The position numbers and the translations under genes are program-made. From NCBI GenBank assembly GCA_000708835.1, contig DF237046.1, positions 132,079 to 196,078 on the forward strand: a DNA stretch of 64,000 bases, given 5' to 3'. Position 1 is the first letter of the stretch. Every line of letters begins with the position of its first letter. Origin of the DNA: Klebsormidium nitens (taxonomy: Eukaryota > Plantae > Klebsormidiophyceae). The notes under the pieces were generated by a model, which was given only the letters and a program-made list of their open reading frames with translations, was not told where the DNA came from and made no database searches. This document shows, piece after piece, positions 47,527-59,530 of this stretch.

Positions 47527-48982
47527 ATGTGCGTCGCCTTCTGGCTCTGGCAGCCTGACCCACAGCCCGCTGCCGGCGATGGTCCCCCCCCGGTGCGCTA
47601 CGCCCTGCTGCTGGCGCTCAACCGCGACGAGGTGCTGAGCCGGCCCTCGCAGGCGGCGCACTTCTGGGCGGACGACCCCGGCATCTTCGCGGGGCGCGAC
47701 CTGGTGCAGGGCGGCACCTGGCTGGGCGTCAGCAAGAGCGGGCGCGTCGGCTGGCTCACCAACGTGCGCGAAACGTACGTGGACGCCGCAGCGCACACGC
47801 GCGGGGACCTCGTGACCGCCTTCCTTCAGGTCAGCATTGCGCCCGGGAGCCAGCCCCTGCCTCGTGGCCACAGCTAGACAGTCTTGCCACCGCCCTCTGT
47901 GTTCACTGGCCCCGGCCGCCATGGATGGAAGCGGGAAAACGTTGAAGGCCCCTGCCAGGCTGACGTGCAGCCAACTTGCTTGTGTCAGAGTAGCAACACT
48001 GGCACTGCCGCGCGTGTTTGTTCACGCAGGCGTCTGAGATTGTTGTCCACCCACACGCCCCTGTGTCTCGTCTAGGGCAGAGAGAGCCCCCTGGAGTACT
48101 GCGCTGCGCACGCCCCGCACCTTGGCGCCTACAATGGCTTCAACCTGGTGGTGGCCGACCTGCGCATCGGCCAGATGGCCTACTGCACCAACCGCCCTCC
48201 CGGCCAGTCGGGGCGGATTGAGGCGCTCCCCTCCGGCATGTACGGCCTCAGCAATGCCGCCCTCGACACCCCCTGGCCCAAGGTGAGCTCCCGACAATGG
48301 CACGCTGTGCCCCAGGAGACAGCGACAGATGCTTGCGAATTGTGGCCGCTGGCTATCTGATGTGGCCCGGATCTTGCCAGCGTTGGCCTCCGACCCCCCC
48401 CGGCGGCCCGCTCTTGCAGGTAGTCCGGGGCAAGGCCACGTTTGCTTCCCTAGTGGCTGCGACCGCTGATGCGGCGGTGCCTGCGGAGGAGCTGGTGCAC
48501 GGTCTGCTGCAGGACCGGTGGCGCCCGCCAGGGGACCAGCTGCCGCACACGGGGAGGCCGCCCGAGGTGGAGGCAGAGTTAAGCCCCATCTTCGTGGAGT
48601 GCACGCTGCCAGAACTGGTGAGAGCCGCAAGGCAGTCGCCTCTGACGTCGGTCAGCGAGAGCTGCCCATTCACCTTCGGCAGGACGGGGCGAATGCTTTG
48701 CTTGCTTCACTTGTGATTGGTTCTCAGATAATGTGAGTGCTCTCCGTTGGGCTGTGGTTATTGTTGTTGAGGGCGGTGGTCATGGTGTTTTTGCAGGGGG
48801 CGTATGGCACGCGGAGTCAAACCGTTATTGGGATCCAGCACAACGGACATGTAGACTTCTTTGAGCGATATCTTGACAATGACGGCACATGGAAAGAGCA
48901 ACAGCAGATGTTCGAAGTAGAATGCCAACGGGGAAATGGGTCCGAGCAGGGACTCAAAGCGAAAGGATCCTGGGTCCGATGA
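47527..48982 (+). CDS. TANGO2: TANGO2 / NRDE-domain protein (DUF833)
   Basis: MCVAFW..LLLALNRDEVLSRP..IFAGRDLVQGGTWLGVSKSGRVGWLTNVRE..RGDLVTAFL; YNGFNLVVAD; GMYGLSNAALDTPWPKV; LSPIFV; YGTRSQTVI. Confidence 0.95.
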
Positions 48983-49668
48983 CGACAACCTTCTCTTGCT
49001 GGTGGAACTTATCACGCAACTTTATCACCAAAGAGGAATCCACTGCATAGGTTTTGGAAAGGTTGCAAGTTCTATAAAGAACTTGCTGGCCAATAACATT
49101 CTGTGGCAGGATTGATTTCCGAGTGCATAGGTTGACGTCTCAAATTAGTACCACATGCTTGATTGCACATGCAAGCGGGGCTGAGAGAAGTCCATGTTAT
49201 AACCGTTGACCTCCTTCCCATACTTAAGCTGGTTCAATCACCGACATACTTACATACCTATCATGAAGCTTTCGACTGCCCACGTTTAATTGCATAACAG
49301 GAACTGTGTACGCGTATACAAATTCCACGTGCCATATTCAGGGGCTCTCAACATCAGGGCCCGGCCATTCTGCAGTCAACCACCAGCTAGCGAATGACCT
49401 ACTTCAAGTTGAGTGAGATGGATGGTGCGCCTACAAACGCTTTGCTTTGACTGCCCAGAGGACATCGAAGTGACTTTGCGGCCATGTTAGAGCACTTTAA
49501 GTCAACTCTATTTCGCTACGCTATACACTGGAGGGGTGTCTACAGGGGCCGCGGCAACTAGCTCAGCACGATCAAAAGTAGAGCGCAAGGCAGAGTCTCA
49601 CTACTGCCTTACAAAACTACCTAAACAATATACGGTACAATTTTGACGTCGTGTGGACGCACTCAATC

Positions 49669-51982
49669 TCAACGCTCCCAGAACGCCTCTCCTGGCAAAA
49701 GGTCCACCTCGGGAGCCAGCCAGTCCTCGCCCGAGTTCATGTCCGGACTGCTCAATGCTTCACTGCCATCCGAGAAGGTGGCTATATGCTCTCCGTCAAA
49801 CCGATCTGGGGACTGCCTGTGATGCAGATCGTCCTTTTCCGGTCGGGCAGGGCTCAGATCCATCTCGAAGACTCTGGCACTGTAGACACTGTCGAGGTCT
49901 TCGACCAGCGGAGAATCCTGCAATGCCGGCAGTGGTTCAACAAGCTGCAATCAAATAGCCGCGACCACTCGACTGCTAGCATTCAAGGACATGAGACAAA
50001 TAGACACTGTGCCACGGCAGTTGGGTTGCCGAACCCCGGTGCCTCTGCAGATGCGAGAACAGGCATCAGCGGTTGCCGTCCGGCCTTGATGCGTAGGGTA
50101 GAGTCTCACTCCGAGCGGCTTGGCATCCCCCAGCCGGGTGCTGATGTGCTCAAAGACGGCGTGCTCAACGCCGTGGTCCTGCGAGAGCCACAGCTTGCGG
50201 CCCGGCAGGAACACGTCGCGCACCGCCTTGAAGCGGCTGCAGTTGGGCCGGTCCGACAGCACCAGCACCTCCGCCGCCTCCCCCTCATGCAGCGGCGCCC
50301 GGGCAGCCGCCGCAGGCAGGCTCATCTGGCGCGCACGAGCAAGGACACGAGTCAGGAACGGTTCACAGTACCGCCAGTGAAGGGGCCGGGGCCGGCCACT
50401 GAAGCGGGGCAGATATGAGGGAAGCAAGGACAGTAAGAACGGGTGACGGAGGAAGTGGACCGTGCGGTGGGGGCAGCTTCATACGTTGGCCCTTAATGTA
50501 TATCCATATGTCGACCAGACAGGGATGGGCATGAGAGAGCCCAGACTTTGCATCTAGCCAATACCATCTGATTGATTTTGTAAAAAGAAAAGTGTCTGTT
50601 AGATTGTGATTTTTGCCTTATGCAGCTTCGCCCATTCCTTAGAGAGCGATGGAGCCTGAGGAAATTGGCTTTGAGGGCACCGGGGCCTTCGAACCTCATA
50701 CAAGTTTCCGGCCTCACCTCGATGGTCACCCCTCCCCTATCCCCCACCAGCACCGTGTACCTGTTCTCGGAGGCAGTGGGGGTGTCACGTCCGTCATGCT
50801 TTGCTCCAGTGGCTGTGCTTTTTGGTGCAGCTGGCATTTGCTGAACCCTGAGGATGTGCGTTTTCCAAACTCCTGCAAAGACGGCTCGAACACAAATCAG
50901 CACCCCATTGCAACTGGGCCCAAAGGAAGTGAGTCAGACATACGTCCTCACTGATTTAAGTGGAGCACCAGGGTTCCCAAGACAGCGCTTTACTAGGTGT
51001 GTTCTGCAGGCAGTCGGTGGCATACCTGCGTACTTGAAGCGCAGGCGCAGCCCCGTGTTGGCGCTCGCTGCGCCCAGGATGGGGCTCCACACCCAGAACA
51101 GGCTGGCCAGGGCGGTCAGGACGACGCTCAGGTTGTAGAACGCAAAGGTGCCCGCCAGCGAGAGGCCCAGCCGGCGCGCCCACGCGTCAACGCCGCCCAG
51201 GGTGGACACCACCTGATCCCCAGTGCCTGCAGCACGGAAGCAGGGGGGCTCAAGAAGGAGAGCAGAGAGTGGCATGGAGGCAGGGCAACCACGCTATGCG
51301 ACGTGGCGCTAGGAGGTGGGAGTCTGGTAGACAAGTATGACACTACTAAGACTTTGACAGATGTAACTGGGGGGTTTTGGGAAGCGTAGGAGGAGGGGGG
51401 CAACAAATTGGAATCTGCCACAACACTGAAGTACGTGGGCGCAAGCTCAGATTACACCTCAGGGGGCCCACCTGAGTACGGAAGCACTTTTGACAGCGTC
51501 TTGGTCGAGAGGGGAATGATGGTCGGGAAAACTTTTGAACGTGGGGAAGACTCTCCTGCCCCGCGCATGAATCGCTGGGCACACACGACGGTTAGTTGGC
51601 CCGCTGGTGGCTGTCGTATTCTGTGTCTGGAGGTCTGGTTTCCTGTCATAAACCAGTCCCTGGCTTCTGATTCTAGGTTACAAAGGGCTCTCCCGTTCCA
51701 AAGCATCGCCCCTTTGTTTCTGGGCCGTCGAAACAGATGTGACCACCGATGCTGTGCTCGACCAGCCGGGTCTAGAGAGAGCGTACAGTGCAGTCTGGGA
51801 TGCTGGTGGCCACTTGGGAAGCCCCAGGCTGACAGTTTTTGCGGTGTGTGACTGTGCAATCGGCCGGTGCCGCAGCATTTGGGTGGCAGCGGGCCTTGTT
51901 TATGAAGAGGTCCAAGCGAACCTAATGATGCGTCCAGGGAGGTCTGGAAGGAACAACACCTCGCTGATTTGACCACTGCCAT
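49669..51982 (-). CDS. Uncharacterised plastid-targeted membrane protein of a cyanobacterial-type conserved family
   Basis: Long transit-peptide-like exon 1 ending IIPLSTKTLSKVLPYSGGPPE; TM exon ..LFWVWSPILGAASANTGLRLRFKYAG/VWKTHIL; YTVLVGDRGGVTIEV; PLHEGEAAEVLVLSDRP..FKAVRDVFLPGRKLWLSQ; acidic tail to GEAFWER*. The motif order matches a recalled cyanobacterial family (MLIPL.R..FE.LIP...LWxPV..AS..N..Y.GFW..V.D..LEV..G..AE..VLS..D.Y.P..LWVSDYP). Confidence 0.7.
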
Positions 51983-52292
51983 CCTAAAGTCTTCTTTGCC
52001 TGCTTACTTCAGCACCTAGAATCATAACACAGGAAGCATTGCTGCCATTTGTCGAGCTCACTGAACTAGGAACGCATAGGACCAAGCGGATGCTGTGCTG
52101 CCAGCAATGGTCTGCGACTCTGGACGGACACCATGGTCGCAAGGCAGCTTCAATGCTGGCAATTTGCCTGCATCAATGCTGGCCGTTGGCCTGCACCTTG
52201 ATCAATGTTCTCTTCTCTGATCTGGTGATCCAACTTTTGTAGTACCTAATAATACAAGTCGTGCCAATGCCAGCAACTGGTGTCGTGTACCG

Positions 52293-52312
52293 NNNNNNNN
52301 NNNNNNNNNNNN
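52293..52312. other. Assembly gap (20 N) flanked by a direct repeat
   Basis: gccaatgccagcaact occurs at 52263-52278 and again at 52313-52328, immediately after the Ns. Confidence 0.95.
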
Positions 52313-52745
52313 GCCAATGCCAGCAACTAGTACCTGAGCTCAATGACAATGTCGTCAATGGGCAGGCCTGCTCGAGAGCAAGCTACCCAGGAACAAAAGC
52401 AGAACTTGACACTCTTTCGAGGCGGCTCCGGCCCCCGGGACTCGGAGCGAGTTAAAAGGTACTCGATCAAACCAGAAAGAGACAAACGTCAACGTGGTGT
52501 CAAGCCGTCAGTGAGCAACTCAAGTATACCGGTGCCAGCCTGAGTGGCGTGCAGCATTGAGGGGAGAAGTGCCAGAGCTGAGGAGCTGATTCGAATTGTC
52601 AGGGGAAACTGAGCTTGCATGAGCCACCGCGGCAGCAGAGCTAGCTCCTGATGGGCATCTCTGTTATTGTGGTACACTCGTGAGCATCACGACAATGAAT
52701 CGAAGCAGGAGCTCGGGCTAAGAGAGGAAGGTGGTGCTGGGCAAC

Positions 52746-54459
52746 ATGGTGCTGGTTCTGGCTCTGGGGGACCTGCACATACCCCATCGAGCGCCAGATC
52801 TGCCTCCAAAGTTCAAGCAGATGCTTGTCCCCGGAAAGATTCAGCATATTCTCAGCCCAGGAAACTTGTGCATAAAGGTAACTGACAGAATTATGATTTC
52901 GCTGTGATCCCAACACGGGGCATTCTCTCAAACTGCACAACTCTCTTTTAACTTTCAAGAGGCAGCAAATCCTGTGGTGTAACAATGAGCAACCAATCCT
53001 CGGTGTCCAATCGCTTGCACAAATAAACATTTCCTGCTCAGTGCCTTGCTGTTAGCGTTGTGGGAGCTGCTTGACCCGGGCAGGTGGTACAACAACATCT
53101 CCTGGAGGGCACAGAGACACGACAGCTTTCAGTCCAGAAATTTTTCTGGCAGCAGAGTGTTTCTCGAAGATGCATACCTGTAATACACAATGATTCTCAT
53201 CCACTTGGGCCCACATGAAAGGGCAATTTAGCAGAGGGGCAGCTCTACTTGCAATCACCTTGAAGCCAGGCTTGTCAGTAGGGGCTGATGTTGCAGCTGG
53301 CTGTGTGCAGGAGGTGCAAGACTACTTGAAAGGCCTGTGCAGCGACGTCCACATCGTGAAGGGAGAATATGACGAAGTGCAGAATTACCCAGAGCATAAG
53401 GTGCTGACCATTGGGGGGTTCAAGCTGGGGATCTGCCATGGCCACCAGGTTAGTGTTTGCGTCTTGCACTCATCCTTTCAGGGGGTCTTCCGCCTAAGCC
53501 CCACCGAAGCTAGCGGCTTAAGCTGTGAAGCTTTCTACGACAGATGTTCCCCCTGACCAGCCCCGGATGTCTGGGGTATATCTGCATGTGGACGTGTCCT
53601 CCGTCCGCTCACCTCGTCCTCTTAGGAGCCCGCCATAAACCTGCACTTAAAAGTTTGGTGAAGCCCGAGCTGTGCCTGATGTGTTCTGTTCCCTCAGGTT
53701 GTTCCGTGGGGAGATGTGGAGTCCCTGGCCATGCTGCAGCGACAACTTGACGTTGATATCCTCATCACAGGGCACACTCATCAATTCAAGGTCGGCAGCC
53801 ACAGCTTTCTGAGTCACATGTCTTTCAGCGAATCCATTTTAATGTACTTCATTTCTGCCACTGTCTTGTGCTCTCTTCTGAGTCTCCAAGGTTGAGCAGC
53901 ATTGGGCAGCGTCAGACTTGATGTCTCTCCCGGAGGAAGTTCTGCACCTACAGTTAAAAAATGCAGAGCTGTGGACATTTTGTCGATGCACAGACAAATG
54001 CATCCTGTGTAACTACTGCAGGCCTACAAGCATCAAGGGCGGCTGATGATCAATCCAGGATCTGCAACCGGAGCTTACAGCAGCATCACATATGATGTCA
54101 ATCCAAGCTTTGTTTTGATGGACATTGATGGACAGGTCAGGATTCCTCCCCCCATCACATGAAGCCATGTTCTGCTGTTTGCTCGACTTCTGAGTGGTTG
54201 TTGCGTTTCGTAGTCTTGCCTTATTTCAGCGTACACATGCTGTCTATTCCACTCAGAAGCCTGGCGGAGTCTCCGGTTGCTGTGCTTTCTTGCCAAATAA
54301 GGGCAGCTGACACATCATGTATATCTTTAGGCTAGTTTCCAGGCTAACTTCGCTTTTGTGCAGAGGGTGGTGGTGTACGTCTATGAGCTGGTGAATGGAG
54401 AAGTGAAGGTCGACAAGATTGACTTCCGCAAGCCCCCACCGCAAGCCAACGAGAGCTGA
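52746..54459 (+). CDS. VPS29: Retromer subunit VPS29
   Basis: [44 protein letters not shown] / [30 protein letters not shown] / [31 protein letters not shown] / [33 protein letters not shown] / [23 protein letters not shown]. Confidence 0.98.
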
Positions 54460-55510
54460 CTTGCAAGGATTGCGGACTGACACGAGAATACATACCCATC
54501 AGACTTAAATGGGCGCTTTACGGGTATCCACTGCAGAGATCAGTTGTCCAGCGTTTGGAAAACCTTTTTTCAGCTTTTCGTGGTGACTTTAGATTCAAAA
54601 ACTTGGATCTAAGTCATTGGATTCATAACAGGGCCATGCCGATGCATGGTCTATGTCTCGCTTACTGGCGCCCTTACAGCCACATGCACATGGCCTGATC
54701 GTGGTGCGGGAATGAGTCTCGCGGGCCAACGGGCCGACAAAATTTTCTCAATCTGGTCGATCATTATGCATCACCAAACATGTGCAGCAGTCTGCACAGG
54801 CCGCAGCTTATCATTCAGCTGCAAGGGCAGATATTGTGCCCTGAACGCAACGCTCAAAAAATTTGACAACCAGGTTAGATATATCTCCTATACTGCAGTG
54901 CTACACAACCAGTCGAAAACTGTAGGCGTAAATGCGAGGGAATGCATAAACACCGAGTCTTCATATTTTGATGAATCCACCGTATATAGGTATGTTGCGG
55001 ATCTGGAAGACCAACGCACTGCAGACCCCTCTAGCTTCACATGAGTCTCTGTGCGTCGCGACCTGCACAAGCCATACGCATCCGTCCAATATTTTCATGG
55101 CCACTGAGCTGATCGGTATGCATATCACGCGCGCTGGCATAGCTTTACCCTGATGCACACTGTAGCTCGCGGAACCAACTCGACTGAAGTACATTTCATT
55201 CTGGCCGAGTGGACATGGCCAACGGCGAGCTTAATTCCGGGTTTACTTCAACTGGCTGGCAACGCGCATGAACGAGGGCTCCAACTAGCTGAAGACTAGT
55301 GCACAGTACCTGCTTTGATTCATTACTTGTTTGTTGTGAACAGCATGCTCTGTCGTATGAACGCACGAAAAGTGTTCTTATTATGCAGCGACAAAATCCA
55401 CGATTCAAGAAAGTGACACAGCCTGTACAAAAGTTGACGAACGAGGTTGAAAATTTCTTTCAATGACGCGTATTACTTTACGCAATGCTCGCAGCCAGCA
55501 GTCAGCTATG

Positions 55511-58500
55511 TTACATCTGGCAGACAAAATCGCCACTGCTCTCAAAGTCTATCTCGTTCTCCAGATCCATGTCCTCGTCAAGCAGGCCGTTGTCCCCCAT
55601 CAAGCCCCCCAAGCCCTGCCCTGGAGGCACAGTGCGTGCCTCCTGCAAGATCCGCATGATGTCCTCAATGCTCTGGGGGGGGTGGTTGACATCGTCAAAG
55701 CCGAGTGGCGCGTTGGTCCCTACTGCCAGGTCTGCCGGCAGGTTCTTGAGGAACCACTGGTGATTCCGGATCTCAGCGATTGTAATGCGCTGCAGCCCAC
55801 GAGAACAGACCCCGTGTCAGTAAAGCATGCACACAGGAAGATTCAGGCGGTGAGAATGTTGCTACAGCACTCTGCAATGAACTTGCAAGGACCAATCGCA
55901 GCGTGCTCTGCCGCTGGGTCCTTCTGCTTTTTCTAGCAGGCCTTGACAAGGGATGCTGTTGGGTCTTACCTTCTTCGGGTCGGCAACGAATATCCGGGAC
56001 AGAAGGTGTCTGCACTCCGGAGAGATCCTGACATAGTCTGGGATGGTGTACAGCACCCCCATAATCCGCTGCATGGAGACAAGTGTCAGTTGATCGAATG
56101 ACAGACCGCCCTCAGGCATAGGCCCCCCCTGGACAACCCTGACCATCCACAACGTCATACGTCATACTTTACCAGCAACCAGCATCACACGGTAGACCAT
56201 CTCTCCTACAGGCCAGCCAAACGATGTTTACGTTCCTATTGCACCACCTTGCCAGTACACTAGAGAGCCTGGAGGCTGAAAGAAGGCTTCCAAGGCGACA
56301 ATACCAGAAGAGTCCCCTATCGGATCCCTGGCTCCATAGCCCCATCTGCAGGCGCTGCCGGCCTGCGGTCGTTGTTGGCGCTCACCTGGATGGTCTTCTT
56401 GAAGTTGCGCGGGTCGCTGGGGTCCTCGAAGGGGTACACGCCGACCAGCATCACGTACAGAGTCACGCCGCACGACCACACATCAGCCATCTGCACCCGC
56501 CAGGAACACCCCACCGTTTCAATACAGAAGTACCTTACTTGTGGCTTGGCTTTGCTATCAAACCTTGAACATAATACCAACCACCTCTTCCCATGCTCGT
56601 TCAAAGCTGGTGTCAGGGGATTTTGAGTTGCGACCTCGACACCGACCTTTTTTGCAAGAAGAAATGCAGACAGGTCAGCAAGGTTGATTCTAACCATTTG
56701 CCAGACACTCGACAGGTCAGCAAGGTTGATTCTAACCATTAGCCAGACACTCAACGGCCAGGTCTCAAAGAAGGCTCGGATCCGAAATGGGAAAAACTAC
56801 TGATTCAAGAACAGCTGTGTTGTCCTTAGGCATCATTTGGCGGAAGAATAACTAGCTCCTGCTCACAACTTGGCTGAACCAGTCATTCAATCCATTCAGA
56901 CTGACATCCACCACATCCTCCGGAAGCAATGTGGTGCCAGCCAGCAGAGCCCAGGTTTTGAAAGGCCTTACCTTGCCGTCATATTCCCTTTTGGAGAGGA
57001 CCTCTGGTGCAATGTACGCGGGGGTCCCCACAGTCGACTTGGGTTGGGAATGCAACAGGGACGACTGCACGCATAGAACGCATCAGTGGCTGAGGAGGTG
57101 TTTTAAGAAATGCCCATACAGCGAGGCGTTTGTGTGAGAGCACAGAGCTTGCCTGAGACCAACGGAAGATGAGGCATAAGGTATGATGCACGCTTTCATG
57201 GCGCACGCAAGGGCTACCAAGCCTCACCATTCAGAATTATAGCTGTTGTGTCTGATCGAATCCACAACAACCAGTGTTTCAGAAGTGCTCTACTCAATAA
57301 GCAGCATTCTGTCAACCACCCCCGACACAGCAAGCTAGAAAATTGCAAGTGACGAATCCAAAAAGGAAAGTCACTCTTGGAGCTATTTCGTAGTCTAACA
57401 AGGCATCTGTAGCTGGGGTAGTGAGCACACCTTAGAGTAGCCAAAGTCACAGATTTTCAACCTTGGAGCAGGGCTGCCGTCCAGGAGGGTGTTCTCAAGT
57501 TTCAAGTCCCTGTGGCAAATTTGCTGCAAAGCGAGGCACCAAAGTTAGAACAGCATATTCCAGACGCAATTTTAAGGTGTGCTGGCAGCAATTGATGTCC
57601 ATGAGATGAATCAAGTGTGACCTGCAACAAGTCTTGGACAAAGTGGGAAAGAACTGGAAGCCTCACCATGGCATGGCAGTAGCTGACGCCTGACACTAAT
57701 TGTTGAAAGAAGTAACGCGCCTGCACAAAACAAAGGACAGCATCTGATCATCTTGACACTGCTTTGATGTAACACTGGTGTCCACAGAGCGAGCACCTCC
57801 AACACCAATGCATAGGACTCGGGGTCAGCCAACCACTTATTGAATGCGGAACAACGGCGGCAAGAATGACAGAAGTAGTGAACCAGCGCACCTCATCCTC
57901 ACTGAACCTGCCGGCATTGCAAATCCGTTCGAACAACTCCCCCCCGGCTGCGTACTCCATAACAATGGCCAAATGAGTAGGGGTAAGGAAAACCTGAGGG
58001 ACACAAAAGGACTTTCATGTTAGGTTGGGGCAGAGTGCTCGAGCCAATGACACCTTTCAATCTCCAACGAACCGGCCATCCATTCGCTTAATGCCCTGAG
58101 ATCTATACATGTATCCTCAAACACATGTCAGCCCAGTTGCTCTACAACTGCTGCCCAGCTTCACAATCCGGTTTATCATGTTGCACCCCAGTGACATGTA
58201 CATGGCCATGATCTTGTCTATTGGCCACTTCAGTAGAGGAAGCCAAGGACATGCATGCAGACCATGGCACCTCCAAGTATGCAATACATGATAGCAGTTG
58301 AACCAAGTAAGCAATGCGCTTGCAACGTCCTGCCAGTAGAGACCTTCCAAGTGCAACTTACCTCTTTGAAGCGCACAATATTTGGGTGCCTAAGCGATCG
58401 ATGGTTGATAATCTCCCTCTGAACATTCTCATCGATCTGCACATCCACCAAGGAGAGAAATGGCACAATCAGTCTCCACTCTGGACAGGCAAACCTGCAC

Positions 58501-58733
58501 CCAATCTTTCCTGACCATTCATGCATATTGGCACCAGATTATGCATCTGAAACTCCATTGCTCTCACAATGTAACTCAGACGGAGCCCTTCTGTAACGAC
58601 TTACCTTCTCTCCCCTCTCAATCAGTTTGACGGCCACCATCTCCTTTGTCCGTTTGTCACGATAAAGCTTTGCCACGCCAAAGTTGCCGGACCCAATGTC
58701 TTTGATTGGCTCATATCTATCTGATGAAGCCAT
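55511..58733 (-). CDS. SnRK2: SNF1-related kinase 2 (SnRK2) with an acidic C-terminal box
   Basis: [34 protein letters not shown] / [25 protein letters not shown] / [34 protein letters not shown] / [18 protein letters not shown] / [31 protein letters not shown] / [23 protein letters not shown] / ..[22 protein letters not shown]..; tail [23 protein letters not shown]. Confidence 0.98.
56669..56752. repeat. 42-nt tandem duplication in an SnRK2 intron
   Basis: gacaggtcagcaaggttgattctaaccatt(t/a)gccagacactc x2, one mismatch. Confidence 0.92.
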
Positions 58734-59099
58734 CGTCCAAGCTTTGGCAAAAGAAGCTTCAACCCACAAAAGCTGCTGGCACTCTGATTCCAAACTGTCA
58801 CCAAGTTCAGCGAAGTCTGCTTAGTCGAACAACAACCGTTCAGGGTCCTTCCAGAAGAACGTTCCACCGTAAGCGCTAGCTTCTGCTCTCCACCCAGGGC
58901 GTTTTTTCGCTCCTGCTCCCTTTGCTAAAGTAGGCAGTACACAAGAGCAGCCCCAACTCCAACTCCAAGAAGGCCAAAAGAATGAAGATACAGGAGCCGC
59001 CCTCTACCCTAGCCTCTACAGGTGGCTGGATTCCCTATACCAGCCTGGTCTTGACTTTTGACTCGAGAGACCTCCAGGAGGCTGGGGGAGGGACCTGGG

Positions 59100-59530
59100 T
59101 AGGTACCGGCTAGTCGAACCAGGTACCTGATGTATTATATATACCTAAACAGGTGTGGACCGCCCTGCGTCGGAAACCGGGGTACCGTACCGGTAGGTAC
59201 CAGATCCCAGATTCCAGCTAGAGCTGGAGTGTGACTCAGGCCCTGGGCCTCATGCCCCAGGGGCCCGAGGAGTCACATGGGTTCCGCCGACTTTGATTAG
59301 AACGGTGGGGTGCAGGACTGTTCTCGAGACGTCTACAGACGGTCAAATAGCTTGTCTTGAAGGTGCTTGCCAAGTGTCATCAATCGGCCTCCTCCATCCT
59401 GTAGATTCCACTTGTAGGTACCGAACGTACCGGTACCTACGTACCGGTACCTGAAAAACTCGCATGGGTAGGTACACGAGCAAACCCTAAAAGCTGGCCG
59501 GGCTGGAGTCGCTAGTTTTAGGGTTTGTCA
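59100..59530. promoter_or_regulatory. GTAC-dense, palindrome-rich segment in the SnRK2/formin divergent promoter region
   Basis: 11 GTAC cores between 59103 and 59475, a hairpin at 59230-59277, and inverted telo-boxes at 59481-59527. The regulatory role is inferred. Confidence 0.45.

Noticed and set aside
28025-54459. Possible proteostasis cluster (MSP1, p47/PUX, APC2, VPS29)
   Set aside because: They act in unrelated compartments and are interspersed with unrelated genes; no basis for a cluster.
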